NCBI GenBank assembly: GCA_035762305.1
Contig: DASTPH010000096.1
Span: 984-64,983, forward strand
Origin: Anaeromyxobacteraceae bacterium
Lineage (GTDB): Bacteria; Myxococcota; Myxococcia; Myxococcales; Anaeromyxobacteraceae
Length of the DNA stretch: 64,000 nt
Reading direction: 5' to 3'
Shown: one piece after another, positions 20,322 through 28,958 of the stretch
How positions within the stretch are numbered: position 1 is the stretch's first letter
Layout of the letters: the number at the start of each line of letters is the position of its first letter
Made by a program: the position numbers and the translations under genes
The notes under the pieces: model-generated
The model's database searches: none
What the model was told of the DNA's origin: nothing
What the model saw: only the letters and a program-made list of their open reading frames with translations

Positions 20322-20476
20322 CGGCCCTGTTTCGCCCGGGCCGGGGCGGGAGTCAAATCCCCCGAATGGCTGTGGGGTCCGCTCTCACCCTGTCACCATC
20401 CGTGCGCGCGGGTCGTAGGAACCCCACCGGCCTGCCGTGGTATGACCCGTGAAGTTTGTCCAGGAGGAGGGCTCAC

Positions 20477-23400
20477 ATGCGTCACCCCGACCGTTCCCGG
20501 TTCCGCCGCGTCGCCCCGGCGCTGGGGCCGGCGCTCCTCGCCGCCCTGGCGCTGGTGCTCATGGCCCCGACCTGCCAGCCCACCACACCAGGGGTGAAAA
20601 CGTTCGCCAAGGGGTCGATCGTCATCCCCATGGACGCCTGCTACCAGGGCGACGCCGCGGTGACCCCCACCTCCTGCTCGGCGCGCGACGTCGGCAACGT
20701 CATCCAGGCCTACGGCCTGGTCTACCAGCTCATCCGCAACAACATCCCGGTCTACTGGGTCATCAAGCAGAACAAGGCCTCGCTCACCGACGTGGACCTC
20801 ACCGTCCAGCTCTCGGGCGGCCCGCCGGTGGGGGTCTACGACTGGACCAACGGCGCCACGGGCGGCATGCCGCCCAGCAACGCCAACCCCATCGACTACC
20901 GCGGCGGCCCCTTCGTCGTCGACGCCAGCGACTTCGCGGCGGCGAATGCCCTGTTCCAGACCGGCAACGCCGGGACCGGCACGCCGGCCCTGAAGACCCT
21001 CTACTCGGCCGTGAACCTTCACGTCACTCAGGTGGCCTTCCAGGGGTACGCCGCCAAGACCTTCGCCGGAGGCTGGAACGCCGGCGGGACGGTGGCCCCG
21101 AAGCTGGCCCTGCTCAACATCCCGGGCGGCGACGGACGCTACGCCGACCACGTGCTGGAGGGCTATCTCATCCGGGCGGCGCTGGCGCCGGCCTGCGTGC
21201 TCAACAACCCGCCCTGCGCCGACAACTCCGCCGGCACCGCCAGCCCCTCCGGCCACGGGACCATCTACGACCGGCTGGAGGCGGCGGACTTCATCCCCCC
21301 GACCTGCACCAGCACCGCCCAGTGCCAGGCCGTCGAGCCGACCTCGATCTGCGACACCGGAGCCGGGCGTTGTGACTGGAAGGCGACCAACTTCCATAGA
21401 TACAGCTACCGGATCCTCTGGCTGCCTCATTGGAAGGGCCCGAACTCCTGCGAGGGCGTCCTCGGCAACGGCTACTCGTGCGGCACCGGCTTCGGCGGCT
21501 GCGGCTTCGCCGGAAGCGACACCTGCAGTTGCGTCAACAACTGCACCGCCCAATTGACCGCCGCCGAGCTCGACCTGGTACTCAGGACCATCGGCGCCTT
21601 CCAGCAGGCGGGCAACGACGTCTTCGGGGAGTGCGCCGGCCTGGGGACGCTCGAGGGCGTCTACAACGCCGGGACGGCCACGGTGGACGGCTCATTCGGC
21701 GACGGCGAGGCCACCAGCCGCTTCCAGACGTCGTGGGGGACGGGCGGCTCGGGCGGCGGCATGCACATCAGCGCCACCGCGCCGACGGCGGCCTGTACCG
21801 CCGGCCAGGGCAGCAAGCAATGCGTGAACGGCGCGCTCTACGAGCCGTCCTACTACCCCTCTCCCTTCCTGCAGCTCGGCGACTTCCCCTTCACGCCGGT
21901 GAGCGGCGCCATCACCGAGTACCGCCCCGCCACCGGCAACGGCGCCACCGGCTACGTGGGCGGGGTGGCCACGCTCATCGCGCGCATGAACGGCGGCACC
22001 GAGGTCGACTACTTCACGTTCCTCCCGGGCGTCGCCGACCGAGGCAACGTGGTCTACCTGGGCGGCCACGACTACTCCGGCTACCAGGGCACCTTCCAGA
22101 TCGCCGGCACGCGCCTGGTCCTGAACACCCTCTTCAACCTGGGCGCCGCCTGCGTGGAGACCTTGGCCCCCTGCAGCACCGGGCAGCTCGGCGTCTGCGG
22201 CGAGGGGGAGATGCGGTGCGTCGGGAGCGTCCCCACCTGCGTGCAGAAGAACCAGCCGTCGGCGGAGGTCTGCGACGGCAGGGACAACGACTGCAACGGC
22301 GCGGTCGACGACGGCCTGGTCCAGTCCTGCTACGACGGCCCGGCCGGGACCCAGGGCGTCGGCATCTGCCACGGAGGGACCAGGACCTGCGTGGAGACCT
22401 CGCCGGGCAACTTCGGGATGAGCGCCTGCCTGGGCCAGGTCCTCCCCGCCGCCGAGGAATGCAACGGCCTCGACGACGACTGCGACGGCCAGGTGGACGA
22501 CGGCCTCGGTTCGCGATCGTGCTACGACGGCCCGCCGGCCACGCAGGACGTGGGCACCTGCCGGGCCGGCACCCAGACCTGCTCCAGCGGGAGCTGGGGC
22601 ATCTGCAACGGCGAGGTGCTGCCCCTGGGCTACGACGTCTGCGAGCCGGTCCAGGACACCAACTGCAACGGCGCCGTCGGCGACGGCTGCGGCTGCTACC
22701 CCCAGGGCTCGACGCGCCCGTGCTACGGCGGGCCGGCCGGGACCGAGAACGTGGGCATCTGCCGCGGCGGCGCGCAGACCTGCGGCGCCAGCGGCATCTT
22801 CGGCAACTGCGACGGCGATGTCCGCCCAGGCGCCCGAGCCTGCAACGGCCTCGACAACGACTGCGACGGCGTCGTCGACACCGAGCAGCTGTGCTGCGAC
22901 GGCGGCGCTCCGGCGTCGAGCCGCACCTGCTACGGCGGACCAGCCGGCACGCTGGGCGTGGGCGTCTGCCGCGGCGGCACGCAGATCTGCGTGGGCGCCG
23001 CCTGGTCCTCGGGGTGCGACGGCCAGATCCTCCCCGGCCCCGAGCTCTGCAACGCCAAGGACGACGACTGCAACGGCGTCCCGGACGACGGCACGCCCAT
23101 CTGCCCCCCCGGCTCGAGCTGCGTGAACGGCGTGTGCGTGCCGGGCTCCTGTGGTCCCGAGGGGCCGTTCTGTCCGGGCGGCTACACCTGCACCGGCGCG
23201 AGCTGCGTCATCGGGAACTGCGGCGCCGGCGGCCCCTGCACCAACGGCCAGGTCTGCCAGGGCGGTACCTGCGTCGACCCGTGCGCCGCCATGACCTGCG
23301 GCCCGGGCGCCTACTGCTCCGGCGGCCTGTGCGTCGGCGGCGGCTGTTATGTCACCGGCTGCCCCGCCGGCCAGCTGTGCGTGCAGGGCACCTGCCAGGC

Positions 23401-25879
23401 CGACCCCTGCGCCGGCCGCTCCTGCCCGACCGGGACCTTCTGCCGCGAGGGCTACTGCGTGCAGTCCTGCGTCTTCGTCGCCTGCCCGACGGCCCAGCGC
23501 TGCGGCCAGGACGGCTTCTGCCAGGCCGATCCCTGCTCCGGCACGATCTGCGGCGCGGGCCAGGTGTGCCTGAACGGCACCTGCCAGACCAACCAATGCG
23601 CCTCGGTCACCTGCGGCGCGGGCCAGGTCTGCAATCCCGAGAACGGCACCTGCGTCCCCGATCCCTGCACCGGCGTGACCTGCCCGGTGGGTCAGTGCCT
23701 CTCCGGGCAGTGCTACTCCTCCAACCCCGGGGGCGGCCCGGCCCCGCCGCCGCCCATCGGCCCAGACGTGAAAGAGTCCTCCGGCTGCGGTTGCGGCTCG
23801 GCTCCGGCCGGCGAGCTGGGGCTGCTCCTCCTCGGCCTGCTCCTCCCCTGGCGTCGGCGCGCCGCCCGCCGGGCCGCGATCCGCCATCGGAGGTCGCTTC
23901 GCCACGCCGGGGCGGCGCTGGCCCTGTTCCTGGCCCTGACCGCCGCCGGCTGCTCCTCCAAGGAGGAGACGCCGAACCCCTGCACCAACCCCAACTGCAA
24001 CGGCGCCTGCGTCGACTTCCAGAACGACCCCGCCAACTGCGCGACCTGCGGCCACGCCTGCTCCGCCGGGCAGATCTGCGTGGAGGGGGCCTGCGGCCCC
24101 TCGTCGGCGGTGGCGCCGCAGATCACCGGCGTGAGCCCGGCCTCGGCCGCGAGCGGCACCACCCAGGCGGTGAGCCTCACCGGCCAGCGCTTCCAGGCCA
24201 ACGCCCAGGTGGTCGTGCTCGGGGCCGGGGCCCAGGCGGTGACCGCCTCGGTGGCCGACTCCGGCCACCTCTCCGCCACCCTCGACTTCACGGCGGTCTC
24301 TCCGGGCGCAGCCGAGATCCGCGTCGTGAACCCGGACCACGTCATCTCCAACGGCGCGGACTTCGACGTCACCCTGGCGGCGCCGGTGCTCACCGGCCTC
24401 GCCTGCCAGGGCGCTTCCTGCGTGCCGGCGAGCGGGACCTCGGCCACCACCGCCGTGGGCTCGGGCAGCCCGGTTGCGGTGACGCTGGTGCTCTCGGGGA
24501 CCGGCCTGGTCTCGTCGAGCCAGTGCCGGATCGCCTCGACGAACTTCCCCGAGATGGCCCTGCCCTCGGCCCTGTCCGGCGGGCAACTCCAGTGCACGCT
24601 CGACCTCCGCCTGACGGATCCCGGCGACTACCAGGTGACGGTGATGAACGGCGGCGTGGCCCGGTCCAACCCCCTGACCTTCACGGTCCTCACCAACACC
24701 CCGACGCTCACCTCCATCAGCCCCACCGCCGCCCGGGCCGGCGAGGTGGTGGCCCTCACCGTCACCGGGAGCGGCTTCGACCAGTCGAGCGAGGTCCTGG
24801 TCGACGGGTCCACCACCTTCAACGGCTCGGCCATCGTCACCACCTTCGTCTCGGGCACGCGCCTCGTCGCCCAACCAGTCGACCTGCGCGGCGCAGCCGC
24901 GGAAACGCACACCGTCACCGTGCGCAACGGCGCCACCGCCGGGACCGGCTCCGCCACCTTCACCGTCGACCCGGCCGCCCCGACGCTCTCCACCGTCTCC
25001 CCGACCTCGGCCAGGCAGGGCGCGGCCGTCGCCCTGCAGGTCACCGGCGCCAACTACGACGCCTCGACCCGGATCGAGGTCCAGGCGCCCGGCGCCGGGA
25101 CCTTCACGCCCATCGCCGCCACCGTGGTCGACTCGGCCACTCAGGCCCATGCGCCCTACGCCTTCGGCCAGGAGGGCTCCTGGCTGGTGCGCGTCACCAA
25201 CGCCGCCGGCGCCTCCGGCCCGCTCTCGGTGCGCGTCCTCTCCAACGTGGCCATCCTCTCCGGCGTGTCGCCGGCGAGCGCCCAGCAGGGGCAGACGGTG
25301 ACCCTGACCCTCACCGCCACCAACCTCGACGCCTCGCCGACCGTTCACCTCGCCTCCCCCTCGCTGGGCTGCCCCACCGCCCCGTGCAGCCTGGACCGCA
25401 CCCCTACCGTCTCGGGCAGCACGCTCACGGTAACGGGCCTGTCCCTGGCCGGCTGGGACGCCGGGACCTACGCGGTGACGGTGGTAAACCCGGGAGCGGC
25501 GGGCTCGAACGCGCTCGGGTTCACGGTCACGCCGGGCGCGCCGACGCTGGCCGCTCCGGCGAGCCCGGCCTGCGTGCTCCAGAGCGCGACGCCGACGACG
25601 GTGACGCTCACCGGGACCAACTTCGCCAAGCCCGACGCCGGCGGCAACGGCGGCTCGACCGTCCACGCCTCGTCGGCTGCCATCCCGGATTACGTGGTGC
25701 CGGGGGTCACCGTGACCAGCACCACCACCCTCACGGTGAGCTTCGACTCGTCGGCGGCGATCCCGGACAACTACACGCTCCAGGTCTGGAACCCCGGCCC
25801 TGCCATCCTCAAGTCGGGCACCATCCCCTTCAAGGTGGCTGCCAGCTACGCCGCGCCTCCCTTGAACGCCTGTCCGTAG
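20477..25879 (+). CDS. Giant secreted/cell-surface protein with several domain types
   Basis: Domain order: unknown N-terminal domain, MopE-like CxxxDxDCxG repeats, CxxGxxC repeats, internal MYXO-CTERM-like tag, lipobox, IPT/TIG-like repeats. RBS ggaggagg lies 6 nt before ATG 20477 (the track starts at TTG 20456). Signal peptide ALLAALALVLMAPTC. 5 x C(D/N)GxD(N/D)DC(N/D)GxVDD and 4 x CY(D/G)GPxxTxxVGxCxxGxxxC. SGCGCGSAPAGELGLLLLGLLLPWRRR at 23780-23860, then LFLALTAAGC. About 6-7 Ig-like repeats of the P(T/Q)(L/I)TxxSPxSA type. No stop codon in 5.4 kb. Confidence 0.8.
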   Translation: MRHPDRSRFRRVAPALGPALLAALALVLMAPTCQPTTPGVKTFAKGSIVIPMDACYQGDAAVTPTSCSARDVGNVIQAYGLVYQLIRNNIPVYWVIKQNKASLTDVDLTVQLSGGPPVGVYDWTNGATGGMPPSNANPIDYRGGPFVVDASDFAAANALFQTGNAGTGTPALKTLYSAVNLHVTQVAFQGYAAKTFAGGWNAGGTVAPKLALLNIPGGDGRYADHVLEGYLIRAALAPACVLNNPPCADNSAGTASPSGHGTIYDRLEAADFIPPTCTSTAQCQAVEPTSICDTGAGRCDWKATNFHRYSYRILWLPHWKGPNSCEGVLGNGYSCGTGFGGCGFAGSDTCSCVNNCTAQLTAAELDLVLRTIGAFQQAGNDVFGECAGLGTLEGVYNAGTATVDGSFGDGEATSRFQTSWGTGGSGGGMHISATAPTAACTAGQGSKQCVNGALYEPSYYPSPFLQLGDFPFTPVSGAITEYRPATGNGATGYVGGVATLIARMNGGTEVDYFTFLPGVADRGNVVYLGGHDYSGYQGTFQIAGTRLVLNTLFNLGAACVETLAPCSTGQLGVCGEGEMRCVGSVPTCVQKNQPSAEVCDGRDNDCNGAVDDGLVQSCYDGPAGTQGVGICHGGTRTCVETSPGNFGMSACLGQVLPAAEECNGLDDDCDGQVDDGLGSRSCYDGPPATQDVGTCRAGTQTCSSGSWGICNGEVLPLGYDVCEPVQDTNCNGAVGDGCGCYPQGSTRPCYGGPAGTENVGICRGGAQTCGASGIFGNCDGDVRPGARACNGLDNDCDGVVDTEQLCCDGGAPASSRTCYGGPAGTLGVGVCRGGTQICVGAAWSSGCDGQILPGPELCNAKDDDCNGVPDDGTPICPPGSSCVNGVCVPGSCGPEGPFCPGGYTCTGASCVIGNCGAGGPCTNGQVCQGGTCVDPCAAMTCGPGAYCSGGLCVGGGCYVTGCPAGQLCVQGTCQADPCAGRSCPTGTFCREGYCVQSCVFVACPTAQRCGQDGFCQADPCSGTICGAGQVCLNGTCQTNQCASVTCGAGQVCNPENGTCVPDPCTGVTCPVGQCLSGQCYSSNPGGGPAPPPPIGPDVKESSGCGCGSAPAGELGLLLLGLLLPWRRRAARRAAIRHRRSLRHAGAALALFLALTAAGCSSKEETPNPCTNPNCNGACVDFQNDPANCATCGHACSAGQICVEGACGPSSAVAPQITGVSPASAASGTTQAVSLTGQRFQANAQVVVLGAGAQAVTASVADSGHLSATLDFTAVSPGAAEIRVVNPDHVISNGADFDVTLAAPVLTGLACQGASCVPASGTSATTAVGSGSPVAVTLVLSGTGLVSSSQCRIASTNFPEMALPSALSGGQLQCTLDLRLTDPGDYQVTVMNGGVARSNPLTFTVLTNTPTLTSISPTAARAGEVVALTVTGSGFDQSSEVLVDGSTTFNGSAIVTTFVSGTRLVAQPVDLRGAAAETHTVTVRNGATAGTGSATFTVDPAAPTLSTVSPTSARQGAAVALQVTGANYDASTRIEVQAPGAGTFTPIAATVVDSATQAHAPYAFGQEGSWLVRVTNAAGASGPLSVRVLSNVAILSGVSPASAQQGQTVTLTLTATNLDASPTVHLASPSLGCPTAPCSLDRTPTVSGSTLTVTGLSLAGWDAGTYAVTVVNPGAAGSNALGFTVTPGAPTLAAPASPACVLQSATPTTVTLTGTNFAKPDAGGNGGSTVHASSAAIPDYVVPGVTVTSTTTLTVSFDSSAAIPDNYTLQVWNPGPAILKSGTIPFKVAASYAAPPLNACP

Positions 25880-25921
25880 GGCGGGGCTCACCGGAGGGCG
25901 GGGGCTGGCTCCCCGTCCCAG

Positions 25922-26311
25922 TCACTCTTCCTCGCCGGCCGGGCCGATGGCCTTCTCCACCAGGGCCACGGCGGCCTCCGGCGCGAACGGCTTGCGCAGG
26001 ACCTCGTCGGCCCCGATGCGCCGGTACATCCCCATCTCCTGGTCGGAGACGCGGGCGCTCATGAGGACCAGGTACGTCTTCTTCCAGTGGGGGTGGGCCT
26101 TCACCAGCCGGCACACGTCGGCGCCGTTGATCTTCGGCATGTAGATGTCGAGGAGCAGGGCGTCGGGGTCGGCCTGGGCCATCTTCCGGAAGACCTCCTC
26201 GCCGTCGACGGCGTGGGACACGTCGTACCCCGCCTCCTCGAAGGCCCCGGTCAGGGCCTCCAGGAGCGCCGGGGAGTCGTCGACGATGAGGACCGCCTTC
26301 TTCTTTCCCAT
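25922..26311 (-). CDS. Single-domain response regulator (CheY-like receiver)
   Basis: Start MGKKKAVLIVDDSPALL. Phospho-acceptor region LLLDIYMPKINGADV, then LMSARV and LRKPF. The rest of the 480-aa track ORF upstream is an artefact. Confidence 0.85.
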   Translation of the reverse strand: MGKKKAVLIVDDSPALLEALTGAFEEAGYDVSHAVDGEEVFRKMAQADPDALLLDIYMPKINGADVCRLVKAHPHWKKTYLVLMSARVSDQEMGMYRRIGADEVLRKPFAPEAAVALVEKAIGPAGEEE

Positions 26312-26338
26312 CCCCGAGTGCTTATACTCCAGGGCGCG

Positions 26339-27154
26339 ATGGATCGCGAACCCGCCGTCGCCGGACGATTCTACCCGGCCGGAAAAGAGCGGCTCGGCAC
26401 CGAGGTGGCCGCGCTCCTGGCCGAACGCCCCAGCGGCCGGGCCACCGCCGAGCCGCCGCGGCCGGTGACCGGGGTCCTCGCCCCCCACGCGGGATACGTC
26501 TACTCGGGCCGGGTGGCCGGAGCGACCTATGCGCGAGTGGACGTCCCCGAACGGGCCGTGGTGATGTGCCCCAACCACACCGGCCGGGGCGCCCCGATCT
26601 CGGTGTGGCCCGACGGGGGCTGGTTGACCCCGCTGGGGCGGGTGCCGGTCGACCAACAGCTCACCTCCTCCCTGCTTTCGGGCGATCTCGCCACCGCGGA
26701 TCGCGAGGCGCACCGCTTCGAGCACGCGCTCGAGGTTCAGCTGCCCTTCCTGCAGCTCCGCCGCCCCGAGGTGTCCATCGCCGCGGTGTGCCTCGGCCCC
26801 CTCTCCTTCGCGCGCTGCCAGGCGGTCGGCAAGGCGGTGGCGGAGGCGGCCCGGCGACGCCCGGCGCTGCTGGTGGCCTCGAGCGACATGAGCCACTACC
26901 TCCCCGCCGCCCGCGCCCGCGAGAAGGATACCCGGGCCCTGGAGCGCTTCCTGGCTCTCGACCCGGCGGGTCTCTACGAGGTGGTGCGCCGCGAGGACAT
27001 CAGCATGTGCGGCTACGTGCCGGCCACGGTGATGCTGGTGGCGGCCCTGGAGCTGGGCGCGCGCGAGGCCGAGCTGGTGCGCTACGGCAACAGCGCCGAG
27101 GCCAGCGGCGACGAGGGCTCGGTGGTCGGATACGCCGGCGCCGTCGTCTACTGA
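26339..27154 (+). CDS. amrB: MEMO1-family protein (AmmeMemoRadiSam system protein B-like)
   Basis: Motifs PAVAGRFYPA, VLAPHAGYVYSG, SSDMSHY, GNSAEASGD. Start at ATG 26339. Confidence 0.8.
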   Translation: MDREPAVAGRFYPAGKERLGTEVAALLAERPSGRATAEPPRPVTGVLAPHAGYVYSGRVAGATYARVDVPERAVVMCPNHTGRGAPISVWPDGGWLTPLGRVPVDQQLTSSLLSGDLATADREAHRFEHALEVQLPFLQLRRPEVSIAAVCLGPLSFARCQAVGKAVAEAARRRPALLVASSDMSHYLPAARAREKDTRALERFLALDPAGLYEVVRREDISMCGYVPATVMLVAALELGAREAELVRYGNSAEASGDEGSVVGYAGAVVY

Positions 27155-27180
27155 CCGGCCTCGCGGCCACGGGTGTGCGC

Positions 27181-27421
27181 GCCGTCGGCCCCGGACTCGC
27201 CTTCGGCCGCTGGTCCTCGCTCGCGTCCGCGACAGCCGGACCGCGCGACGACGGGGAACGGGTTGCGGCTCGCAAGCGTCGGTCGCGCAGTCCGCGGCTC
27301 CTCCTGAGCATTGGCGCTCCACGACGGTTGCTCGCCGCGACCGCGAGAGCCGCCGCGCGCGCATCCGGGCGCGAGGGTGCTCGCTGCGGAGGCGGCCTCA
27401 GTCGAGTCCGGGGCCGCCGGC
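27181..27421. repeat. IR-bounded ~240-bp intergenic repeat, copy C
   Basis: Terminal inverted repeat gccgtcggccccggactcgcc / gtcgagtccggggccgccggc, 19 of 21 complementary. The core shares gctggtcctcgctcgcg, gcggctcgcaa, ttggcgctcc, tcgccgcga and gctcgctgcggaggc blocks with copy B in the same order. Confidence 0.75.
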
Positions 27422-27432
27422 GCCATCCCGCA

Positions 27433-28413
27433 TCAGGGCCACAGCGGATACCGCGCCTTCCGCCGCCACAGGAGCAGCGCCAGGAGGCCGAGCCACCCCT
27501 CCGCTCCGGCGGTGCCGCAGCCGCAGCTCGACGACCGCTCGCAGGTGGAGGAGGGGCGCGGGGCGACCTGGCCCGATCCGTAGCACACGTTGGTGGGCTG
27601 TCCGGACGGGTAGATGGCGCACAGGCCGGCGACGTCGTCCGGGTCCAGCGTCCGCTTGGCGGTCTCGCCGGACAGCGCCGAGGGGTACATGGTGGCGGCG
27701 GAGACCTCCGAGTGGCCCAGCCCCAGCACGTGGCCGGCCTCGTGCGTCACCACGTTCCGGACGTCCACGCTGATGCAGCCGCTCTGCCCGGGCGCGCCGC
27801 AGGTGGCAGCGGGCGGATCGAGGCAGGTGAAGTAGAAGCCGGGCGGGGATGGCCCGCTGCCGCCCCAGGCGTTGAGCTCCATGTCCGCGTCCACGATCTC
27901 GCCGGTGCCGGCGTCGTAGCTCACCGTGGTGAGGGCGATGACGCGGCTGTCGCCGTGGGACGGGTCGTCGCCGTCCCAGCAGTTGTACTTGTCGGCGCAG
28001 TTCACGGTGGCGGAGCCGTCGACGTCCCACAGCCGGCACGGGTCGTCCGGGGGAACCAGGTCCTGACACTGGCCGCGCCGGAACACCACCAGGTTCCGGC
28101 AGTCGAGGCCGGTGGCGGTGGAGGAGGTCGTCCCGTCCTCGACCGTCTGCATGTCGGTGCATCCGCCGGCGCCGGCCCAGGTGGTGAAGCTCGTCCGCAC
28201 CGCGTCTATGGCGGCCGCGGCGCCGCCGGGCGGCGAGGGCGAGCTGCTGCAGACGCTGGCCGCCGGGCTCGCCGCGAAGTCGTTGACCGCGTAGTGGACC
28301 TGGCGGGTGGACCACCACAGGCACAGGCCCGAGCCGGTGGTCGAGCGCACCCAGGCGTCGCCCGGCGAGGCCCAGAGGAGCAGCGCCGCGGCGCCCGCCA
28401 GGCGGCGGCTCAC
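27433..28413 (-). CDS. Matrixin/metzincin-type zinc metalloprotease with MYXO-CTERM-like C-terminal tag
   Basis: VVTHEAGHVLGLGHS (HExxHxxGxxH) plus Met-turn ATMYP. Signal peptide present. C-terminus SSSCGCGTAGAEGWLGLLALLLWRRKAR. GTG start overlaps the upstream stop (GTGA). Confidence 0.85.
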   Translation of the reverse strand: MSRRLAGAAALLLWASPGDAWVRSTTGSGLCLWWSTRQVHYAVNDFAASPAASVCSSSPSPPGGAAAAIDAVRTSFTTWAGAGGCTDMQTVEDGTTSSTATGLDCRNLVVFRRGQCQDLVPPDDPCRLWDVDGSATVNCADKYNCWDGDDPSHGDSRVIALTTVSYDAGTGEIVDADMELNAWGGSGPSPPGFYFTCLDPPAATCGAPGQSGCISVDVRNVVTHEAGHVLGLGHSEVSAATMYPSALSGETAKRTLDPDDVAGLCAIYPSGQPTNVCYGSGQVAPRPSSTCERSSSCGCGTAGAEGWLGLLALLLWRRKARYPLWP

Positions 28414-28919
28414 CGCGCGCCCTCGACACGCCGCGCCAGCTCCGTGAGGGACATGGGCTCGGCGCGCCGCTCCCCGGCCGGCAGCGCCTCCGCGGCGAAG
28501 GTCCAGCCCTCCAGGCCGGGGCGGGCCTCGCCGCCCACGACGCGGAACTTCCCCTGGGCCGCGCCGTGCACCAGGGTGCGCCCGCCGGCGCGCCGCAGGA
28601 AGATCACCGCCTCCTCGCCCATCTCGAAGGACGGGGCGGCGTCCACACGCTGGCCGAAGCCCCCCACCGTGCCGCCCGCCACCTCCAGCGCCACCTCGGC
28701 CCCGGCGGTCCCGCGCAGCACCCGCGAGACGCGAACAATCACCCGGGTGACGACGTGCCGCCGGTCGGGAGCCCAGCGCGACTCCATCGCCACCACGCGC
28801 CCCTGCACCACCGCGTCGGCCTCGCGCGCCAGCTGCTCCACGGTGGCCGGGCGGGCCACGGCCGCCGCCGCCGCACCGGCGAGGAGGAACCCCAGGAGGA
28901 TGGCGGCGGCCCGGGTCAC
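28410..28919 (-). CDS. Secreted hypothetical protein, translationally coupled to the metalloprotease
   Basis: Signal peptide TRAAAILLGFLLAGAAAAAVA. 169 aa. No recognisable motif. Confidence 0.6.
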   Translation of the reverse strand: MTRAAAILLGFLLAGAAAAAVARPATVEQLAREADAVVQGRVVAMESRWAPDRRHVVTRVIVRVSRVLRGTAGAEVALEVAGGTVGGFGQRVDAAPSFEMGEEAVIFLRRAGGRTLVHGAAQGKFRVVGGEARPGLEGWTFAAEALPAGERRAEPMSLTELARRVEGAR

Positions 28920-28958
28920 CCGTGGATTCTACCCCGTTCGTGCTAAGGTGCGCGCCGC

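Noticed and set aside
23860-23953. Splitting the giant ORF into two conventional genes at the internal tag
   Set aside because: There is no stop codon and no in-frame ATG, GTG or TTG between the Arg cluster and the lipobox, so a standard two-gene model is not supported by this sequence. It is kept as one CDS and reported as a finding.
21430-26064. 1544-aa (+) and 1399-aa (-, 21692..25891) ORFs overlapping the giant surface-protein gene
   Set aside because: These are alternative frames of the same DNA. Only the 20456/20477..25879 frame gives a signal peptide, ordered Cys-rich repeats and Ig-like repeats. The others are low-complexity R/G/P/A strings.
26312-27364. Upstream extension of the response-regulator ORF to 480 aa
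   Set aside because: It is antisense to the MEMO-family gene and low-complexity. The receiver domain begins at MGKKK (26311).
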